Positions 1 through 13,217 of a DNA stretch of 13,217 nucleotides are shown one piece after another. The stretch lies in assembly GCA_965197925.1 (NCBI GenBank), contig CBDAOC010000009.1, forward strand, positions 1 through 13,217, written 5' to 3'. The stretch is from Nitrososphaerales archaeon (GTDB taxonomy: Archaea > Thermoproteota > Nitrososphaeria > Nitrososphaerales > UBA213). Position 1 is the first letter of the stretch. Each line of letters starts with the position of its first letter. The notes under the pieces were generated by a model, which was given only the letters and a program-made list of their open reading frames with translations, was not told where the DNA came from and searched no databases. A program made the position numbers and the translations under genes.

Positions 1-876
1 GAAGTATAATTATAGAGTAGAAAATATGTGTCCATCATACTGTGGTAGCTGTAGTTAACATGAGTTCAGTTTACAATATGCACGTAGTCCATGTGTGCAG
101 TTGTGTTTCCCTTTAGATTTCTTATGTGTTTTTAGTGAAAATTTCTTTAGTTGTGTTCTAGACTTAATTGTTGATGACAAACTTTATCTTTTTATACCCG
201 ATCATAGTGCCAAACAGCATTCCGCGCTTTTCTACGATAAGACGTACTTTTGGCACGCTCGTAAAACGGCTATAGCGCAAAGACTACAGTAAATCTGTAC
301 ATAACTACTGGTTTGTTACAATAAAGAAAGTCCAAACAATTTGTCAAGCACATCTAAAAGAGTTAATACGCACGCAAGCGGTCGCCACACAACTGACAAA
401 TCACATGTCGAAGCTCTAACGGGCTCTAAAAGGCGGCAATGCGGCAGCTGCATGCACGTTTGAGCGCGAAACAAGCGCAACAGACAGGTGCTTCTGTAAC
501 TGTGTACTTCCGTGCAATAACTTACTGTTGCAAGTCGGACTCTTCGGCACAGGAGCGTGTAGGCGTCGCAAACCAGTCCTTTTCTCCGCTCGCAAAGTGC
601 AACGTGAATTTCGTTGACCGCGCCCACTACTACTGTTAACATGTTAGCATGGCGACCTCCGGCGGCGTTCGCGGAAGTGTGTACAGCCTGTACGTACACT
701 ACGGCTAAATTTGATGAATGATGTTGATGAGCCTATGTGCGAGAATAGTGACGATGACCTTGGCATACACGACAGTGACGACGAGACAAGGTACATTACA
801 CAAGCACGAACACACAAAAATACATGTAAAATGGCTATAGTGTACATGAAGCTAGAAAAAAACTACCGGTGTCGGA

Positions 877-1133
877 GTGAATTCTGTCCCCCCGTGAATT
901 CTGTCCCCCCGGACACTATTCACCGGTGAATATTGTCCCCCCGGACATTATTCACTAGTGAATTATGTCCCCCCCTGGTGAATAATGTCCCCCCACAAAG
1001 GCACGCTTATAAAGCCTCGGGAAAGCGAAATGGCTGCGTTTTGGCCTGTTCTACGAAAAATTTAGGGGGGACATTATTCACCGGTGAATTCTGTCCCCCC
1101 CGGACATATTTTTCACCGGTGAATATTGTCCCC
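877..1133. repeat. Left subterminal clusters of the palindromic unit GGACAWTATTCACCGGTGAATWNTGTCCCCCC
   Basis: Multiple tandem and head-to-head copies at about 877-996 and 1065-1133. Confidence 0.9.
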
Positions 1134-1705
1134 TACCGCTAACCCTACGTAAGCCATGAAAGCCTTGACACTTCCAGCTCTCCCAGTAATGTAGCCAAGA
1201 CATATCGCGCGATCGCGGTGCTACGCCCCTTTTTTTCGCAACTGGATAGGTGCAAAGACAGAGAGGCGTCTTGTGTATCCAGGAGCTGGACAATATGTGA
1301 TACGAGTTCGTACAGCACTATATATAGTTATCCAGTGTGGAATTCGCTTCTAGGTATAGGTTATACAGTGGTACCTGTTGGTATGCAATATTTTGCAGCA
1401 TAGCCATTGTGTTTCAGTCTGTGAATAGGAACAGCATAAAAGAATAAGAGCGTTACAGAATTACATCAATTCAAAGTGCAATACATGTATACATACAAAA
1501 TTAATCACCTTAGCTAAGTGTGTATCTAATATGTTACTTCTATATATACATGCTTTAGTTTCATTAACAAATGTAGCTAGTGCCCATAGTTACAAACACG
1601 AATAGTGTATGAAGAAATGAACACCACACTCAGCTAAATGTAGTGCTGCATGTATTCTGTCAAGCTCCTGAATTCACAGACCAGAATCTTGGGCTGTGCA
1701 AGAAA

Positions 1706-1733
1706 GGGGGGGGGGGGGGGGGGGGGGGGGGGG
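1706..1733 (+). repeat. Poly-G tract (G28)
   Basis: Uninterrupted run of G, directly upstream of a degenerate copy of the element's palindromic unit (1741-1768). Confidence 0.9.
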
Positions 1734-1740
1734 AGGGGAG

Positions 1741-2258
1741 GGTATTATTCACTGGTGAATTCATTCCCACCTGTGAACTATAATACAAACTAGCTATTAC
1801 TTATTCAACACCCCCTTCATATTGTTAATACAGGGGGACAATATTAATGGTGAATAATGTGCCCCCCCCCCCTCTGATGAAGTATATACACTATCAGGAC
1901 TTAGCTATTCACACATTGGATCACCACGAATAATAAGTTGTTACTTGTTAGTTGCCTGCACTCAATTTGTAGGGGGGACACTTTTCACCGGTGAATTTTG
2001 TCCCCCCTGAACTACACTATATAAAGACTTGAACACTATGACTAAGTTGTTAGTTGTCTCTATATGAATTGTAAGGGGGGACATTATTCACTGGTGAATA
2101 TTGTCCTAGGGGGACAATATCCACCAAGGGGGACAATATTCACCAGTGAATTTTGTCCTAGGGGGACAATATTCACCGGTGAATAATGTCCGGGGGGACA
2201 ATATTCACCGGTGAATATTGTCCCCCCGGACATTTTGTGGGGGGACAGTATTCACTGC
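1741..2258. repeat. Right-hand copies of the same palindromic unit, including a perfect 50-bp palindrome at 2185-2234
   Basis: Copies at about 1741, 1833, 1972 and 2075, then a dense cluster at 2075-2258. Base pairing of 2185-2234 was checked position by position; the centre is CACC|GGTG at 2209/2210. Confidence 0.9.
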
Positions 2259-2545
2259 AACACCGGTGCGTACTAATACTAAATATACATGTAACTACAA
2301 AAATTATTATAGTGTGCGAGGGGAAGCTGAGGCTGAAGAGCTGTCCCAGCTTGAGGACCTACAGGAGGAGTTCCACATTCCATCTGCAAGGTATAAAATT
2401 CTCTCATAGTATAATGAAATGTGAACAATAATATTACACACTCATACAAACAGAGATACTGAAGACACGGAGGGTGAGGAGGAAGAGGGGGAGACTGAAG
2501 AGACTGAGGAAGAGGGGACTCCACCACGTTATGGAGGGGGCAGAC

Positions 2546-2720
2546 GGAGGGGGAGGGGGAGGGGGAGGGGGAGAGGGAGGGGGAGGTGGAGGGGGAAGGG
2601 GAGGGGAAGAGGGCAGGGGAGGGGGAGGGGGAGGGGGAGGGGGAGAGGGAGGGGGAGGTGGAGGGGGAAGGGGAGGGGAAGAGGGCAGGGGAGGAGGAGG
2701 GGGAGTGGGAGGGGTGGAGG
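2546..2720 (+). repeat. G-rich (AGGGGG)n low-complexity tract with a 72-bp tandem duplication
   Basis: The block GGAGGTGGAGGGGGAAGGGGAGGGGAAGAGGGCAGGGGAGG recurs at a 72-nt offset (TGG at 2587 and 2659). It encodes (RG)n in the spliced frame. Confidence 0.9.
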
Positions 2721-2802
2721 AGTGGTGATACCACACTCATAGAGCCAATAACTCCACCTCGCACTCTTCATACTTGAAAATGTGCATTTGCCTTGCCATT
2801 CA

Positions 2803-2894
2803 TGTTTATCTCACCTAACTCGTGTTTCTGGGGCACCCAGCTGGTCCTCTAATTCTACCTCACCCACCACTCCTGTTTATCTCACCTAACTCGT
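2803..2894 (+). repeat. Exact 21-bp direct repeat TGTTTATCTCACCTAACTCGT
   Basis: Copies at 2803-2823 and 2874-2894. Confidence 0.85.
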
Positions 2895-3301
2895 TTCACT
2901 CATTCATAACCACCAACTGTATACTATATTTATATACACATTTTCACTTCCAAACACTCGCATCAACCATACCTCTTCTTATCGAACTCCATTTACACAC
3001 ACCTCTATATAACAGTCACATACGCATTAATTTTCACTGTTTAATGGTTTACCATTATGATGCTACAGTGTCTACTTCTCTTCATATCCCCTCTATTCTT
3101 GCGATCACTGTAACTGCCAAATTACTAATTACATATTAGGTACACTTTTGTGTTAGCTGAAATTTCTATAAAAATACCACAATATAATAGTGAAACAGTT
3201 GGAATGAAGGGAAACATTGGACTGTAATAATGTTATATTTGTGTGCATGTCAATAACTATATAATAATGTTCATATACAAGTACAACATATACAGCTAGA
3301 T

Positions 3302-9231
<5,930 letters not shown>

Positions 9232-10769
9232 AAACTAGGGAAGGCAGTACCATAAAAACACATGCAGCTACACCCATGAGACAAGGAAAGCAGTTTCTAC
9301 TGTAAGGCCTTCAGCTTATAGTTCAGATTGCACCACAACCAGCATCCTAGATATAGACTTTTGGGGGAATTTGCCCCACACCCTACTATAGTGCCAGACC
9401 ATGCACCCAGTAGCTATCCCTGTGCAGAAACCCCATGCATGCGATTATTATTATGGAGATCTACATGATTAACCACAACTCCCTTTCCTGCATGCGAACA
9501 GCCATATTAATATATCACATAGGCCTACGTAGGACACGGTGTTTGGCTGTAGGAATGTAAGGGCACTTCCATATAAGGACAGTGCTAGAGATCCATCTGC
9601 TGTGCTATATAGGGTAACCGGCCAGGAGTGAGCGTATTACTAAGCTGTATAGCTACATAATTATTATTATTATTATATCATGCACACATAACGGTGAAGT
9701 CTGACCTTAAATGAACTCAGTATTATAGCCATCTGGTGTTAGCTACTCATCTACTACAAAGTTTGTACTAACCTTTTTAACCCTGGAGTAAACTACATAA
9801 TAGCTATAATACGGAGCATAGTTACCGAATTACCAAATTCAAAACGTATAGCTAGCTACAGCAACGTGGTCCTAGCCTATAATAATATTATTATAATATA
9901 ATTATAGTCGTTCGTAAAATCCGAGCCAACGTGACCTACATAATTATTATAATATGCAGTCAGGATAATAATATCCTGGGGGTGTTTCAAGTATTCCCAT
10001 TTCTCAAATTGTGGCCTTACTATAATATTTTGTGTGTAATACGCATCAAATCTCTGAATCAATTACAGTTTCCTCCGTAGTATTAGTTTGCATAGCTATA
10101 GTAGGTTATTTGAGCCTACGAGAAAAACACGGTTAATACCCCGTGCATTTGTATATAATTATGACATTGTAGAATGTGTAGTTCACTCTTTAGCATCTCA
10201 TTCGTATTATGCAAGCGTTGTGATTGACATCAGTCCGCACCGCAAAACTGAAACAGCGCTGGCCGCGGCAGCGACTGAGTCATCTTTCGGCCGCGAGCAT
10301 GACTATGCCCCATACAGCAATATTATTACAAAATTAACACCTGCCAAATTTGTTATAAGCATAATTAATATAATTCGCTCAACTTTATTATTTGTCACCG
10401 TAACAATGGTCACCTTACTTTTAATAAATGCGCGAGGAGTTTGGACAGTAGCTTCTTGCCATGAATACGAGCATACAAGTATACAGATCGGTAACGTGAC
10501 GACTTACTATTGCGCAATGCATATAAAGACTAAAAGACGTACCTCCATATCTTGTACCTCTATCATTCCGATTTCTTCTACCGCCATATCTTGGTCTACA
10601 AAAAAACGTCTTCTTCAAAGATGTTAATGATTTATCTTCGCGCGCATTAAAATTTAATATAATATTATAGTATTGACAGAATGACGTTATGGCATTTATA
10701 AGGCATGATGGCATGCAATGGGGATTACCTGAAACTTTACTGAATGCCACAGAATTAAGCACACTTACA

Positions 10770-11010
10770 AGCGCGGATCTTCGCGCATGCGCGGGAGGGT
10801 TATGGCATGTACTCGTAGTCCACTGTTGCATATCGGTAATCGCGCATGCGTAATAATTACCGGCTCGCCCCGGCTCGCGCGTGTGATGTCCAACGGATAT
10901 GACAGCTGTCTGGAGAAAAAAACATTTTATATCTCGCTGATAGAGTTATGATCTAGAGTTGGGGCGATTATCAGCCATTCACAAACCTGTACGGCTCGTG
11001 CGCATGCTCC
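10770..11010. promoter_or_regulatory. CpG-rich block with NRF1-like GCGCATGCGC motifs; candidate promoter, or a repeat remnant
   Basis: Palindrome CGCGCATGCGCG at 10782-10793, CGCGCATGCG at 10841-10850 and TGCGCATGCT at 10999-11008. CpG density is visibly higher than in the TRPA introns, and the block lies upstream of the TRPA-like gene. Confidence 0.35.
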
Positions 11011-11905
11011 TTCATTGAATGTGCAAAAAAGCTGACTCTACCCAGACTGTAAAGCGCTGATTCAAAAAGTACGTCATTGTGGGAGAGACTTTCACGACTT
11101 TCACGCACGCACGGAACCAAGCTTATGTATAATAGCCTCTCGGTTTAGCTATATCGAGCTATATAGGCATCCTAGCTAAGCAACAGCACTACCTCTATAA
11201 TATTATGCAGACGGCTTCGAATTCTGGTTACAACTTAATAACTGTACACTTTGGTAGTATCCTGTTGTGATCGCAGATGGGAATTACCTCGTGAAAGGAA
11301 TTACCTACGTACAGTTGTTCCCCATTCAATTACGACTGCCATGTTGACACAATAGAATCAAAACATAGTGGCGAAGTAGCTCCATACAAATATTACACAC
11401 ATTTTCGTTTTAATTATTTTAAGACTTAGTATGGCTAACCCAGTTGTCAAAATAGAACCAATACAATGTGCATAGCAGGTATTTCCTTGTTCACTTAGAT
11501 GGGGTTATAATAATACTTAATGAGGAGTAATTGTGCATGTAATAATACGTATCCACGAGCATGCATGGAGTGGATGTGTCTTGGATTACAAAGACACTCA
11601 CACATCACACTATATAGCAGCAGAATATGCGGCGTATACAATAATTATATGTATAAGCTGATTAGAAGCTAGTGCATGGCAGTAAGAAGTCTGATAGGAT
11701 ATGTACACCAGTTATACCAAATTTCTATCGCTAGTTATTGATGTAATTATACGAGGGGTCCCACGCACTCATTTCCTGGTGAGACCAATCATTCTCATTT
11801 TGTACTGAGAACTTACATGATTACCATGTTCTCCACCCATAGCCTCAATACTATAATTGCTGATAATTAAAATGAAAGTTGTAGTACAATGCCAAAGCCA
11901 CAATG

Positions 11906-12042
11906 TCACAAAACAATGGGATCATATGCTGTTCCTTTTCCCATAACTGAGTTGACTTTGTCATCACTACTAGCCGACAAGCTGAGCCGTTTTGGCGAGG
12001 GATGGCAAATCAGAGTCAGACCGTCTCTCTTGGTAGGTGACA
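11906..12042 (-). CDS. Terminal coding exon of an unidentified gene (SPTKRDGLTLICHPSPKRLSLSASSDDKVNSVMGKGTAYDPIVL*)
   Basis: Strong pyrimidine tract and acceptor (ccttccctccctcacttttccag|), phase 1 matching the upstream a|gtgagt donor; TGA at 11908-11906. Confidence 0.55.
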
Positions 12043-12351
12043 CTGGAAAAGTGAGGGAGGGAAGGATTCACGTCATGATTCTATGGTGAAGGAATAATGC
12101 AGAGTTTCAAGCGCACTCTGGGTTTCCCCACCTACCCACTGGACCGAAATTCCCAAACTCATTATGTTACTGGAATAAACCTTCTCACGAGCTACATAAT
12201 TATACACATCACAATTAAGGGGCATCCACAGACCCCATAGATCATTTGTAGGAAACACAACCCACAATCCCACGGACTACAGAAGTATTCTTTTCCACAA
12301 ATCTGTCTTCCCTTCCCAGTTCTATGAAACCTTGACAATAATGTGACTCAC

Positions 12352-12786
12352 TAGTTGGCTGTTCATCACTGGTTGACACATGCGCCCTGACATCACACTG
12401 AGAGGGTGAGTTGGATCGCTGCGAAGCTTTGCAAACACTTTGTGCAGTAGAGAGACTAGTTTGTATGAGCTGGTCCTGGCTAGCAGAACACAATGTCAGT
12501 TTTCTTGCAGAAATTCTTTCTCTTAGGCTCGTTGTGGGAACTTCTTCCGTGTCACTTTCTGTACTGCTATCAAGATCCACATACATGTAAGTATTCTCTG
12601 TCTCTTGCACAGTGTTAGTGCACATGTGTCTGTGCAAAGCAGAAGAACTCATTGATGGTTGTACAGTTTGTAAAGAATCAGACGTGGGAGAAGCGAGAGT
12701 GAGATGGTGCAGTATCTGAGGTAGATGCGAAGATGGAGAGGTTGGGACCGGCATCTTGGGAGGAGACTTGTTAGCCTTTCGGGCTG
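12352..12786 (-). CDS. Internal exon of an unidentified gene; Ser/Thr/Pro-rich, probably disordered (ARKANKSPPKMPVP...DEQPT)
   Basis: Lies within the 219-aa ORF 12242-12901; tcttttacag| acceptor (NAGNAG) and a|gtgagt donor, 435 nt, phase 1-1. No recognisable domain; the rest of the gene is presumably beyond the window. Confidence 0.65.
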
Positions 12787-13217
12787 CTGTAAAAGATACG
12801 TGTATACATGCACATGTATGTGTTGCCTTTGGATTTGATTTGTATATCTTTCCTTTGTCTTTCTCATGTGTCTGAGTATTCATGTGTGTGTACTCATGCA
12901 CACATAGTATAATAATATTGTAGAGTGTACAGTAGGTAATCAGTTGAGCAGCACGCTATATAGAGGGCCTTTGAATCAATAGTAGTGATCTTAGCCTGCA
13001 TGGGCAGATCTGATGTAATGTACTAGAGTCAATGGCCAATAGTAGGAGTACACATTGGAATGTTGTGGAAGATTACATTGTAGTTTTTCACTACAGATTC
13101 AAGAATACTTCAGATCCTAAACTGTTCATGCAGCTCAGCTAGATCAGTTCACATGTGCATGTATATATAACTATACACAAGGCAGACATACCCAGCATAG
13201 CTGACACGCACATGCAT

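Larger units (their letters stand above)
870..2262. mobile_element. Non-autonomous Ginger1-like DNA transposon (MITE-like), 1393 bp
   Basis: It starts TGT (870) and ends ACA (2262). The terminal inverted repeats are TGTCGGAGTGAATTCTGTCCCCCC (870-893) and, as the reverse complement of 2239-2262, TGTTGCAGTGAATACTGTCCCCCC (21/24 identical). CCGG flanks both sides (866-869, 2263-2266). TGT/ACA ends with a CCGG 4-bp TSD are the described Ginger1 signature. There is no transposase ORF inside. Confidence 0.8.
714..2742 (+). pseudogene. Spliced low-complexity ORF (acidic, then RG-repeat); exons 714-790, 2313-2390, 2454-2742; possibly a relic of a DNA-transposase N-terminus
   Basis: Both introns have GT..AG ends (ag|gtacat...attatag|; ag|gtataa...aaacag|) and both are phase 2. 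The joined frame reads [90 protein letters not shown]...VVIPHS*. An upstream ATGGCG at 649 is out of frame with this. The transposase resemblance is inference only. Confidence 0.45.

Noticed and set aside
95..699. Short ORFs at the left edge
   Set aside because: No recognisable motifs, overlapping on both strands, and no supporting splice structure.
877..2258. CRISPR-like array of palindromic repeats and spacers
   Set aside because: Spacing is irregular, many units are directly tandem, the spacers resemble each other, there are no cas genes, the context is a spliced eukaryotic locus, and the whole array is bounded by TIRs and a TSD.
2279..2777. Pro-rich, Gly-rich, PS/PL and EG-repeat ORFs in the ORF track
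   Set aside because: These are alternative frames and strands of one G-rich repeat; only the RG frame is tied to splice sites.
363..3030. piggyBac boundaries TTAA-TACGCACGCA ... CATACGCA-TTAA around the acidic/RG ORF
   Set aside because: Only about half the positions match as an inverted repeat, which is too weak to call termini.
9529..9604. Possible extra upstream TRPA exon (TADGSLALSLYGSALTFLQPNTVSY), or an ankyrin-like VPLH in another frame
   Set aside because: The donor is weak (tac|gtaggc), no matching upstream phase-2 exon was found, and the VPLH frame stops within a few codons and lacks the ankyrin consensus.
10088..10627. 179-aa plus-strand ORF containing EHDY (HCF-1-binding-like motif, 10295-10306)
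   Set aside because: It starts at TTG rather than ATG, has AT-rich non-coding-like composition and no domain, and a four-residue motif is expected by chance.

Overview
AT-rich, intron-rich eukaryotic (animal) genomic DNA; the short introns and gene content are compatible with a sponge or similar invertebrate, which is an inference. No prokaryotic features, RNA genes or CRISPR arrays are supported. (1) A minus-strand TRPA-family cation channel gene, hand-spliced into 13 GT-AG, phase-consistent coding exons (9231->3302, 575 aa if MEAQ is the start). It has pre-S1, S1-S6 and the TRP-like helix, but no visible ankyrin-repeat array, and its pore and Ca2+-site residues are divergent. (2) A 1393-bp non-autonomous Ginger1-type DNA transposon (870-2262; TGT...ACA ends, CCGG target-site duplication) built from palindromic repeats. 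(3) That element sits in intron 1 of a small plus-strand spliced acidic/RG-repeat ORF, which may be a transposase N-terminal relic. (4) The two last exons of another minus-strand gene encoding a disordered Ser/Thr/Pro-rich protein. (5) Simple repeats and a CpG-rich block with NRF1-like motifs. All exon calls were made by eye, without transcript evidence.
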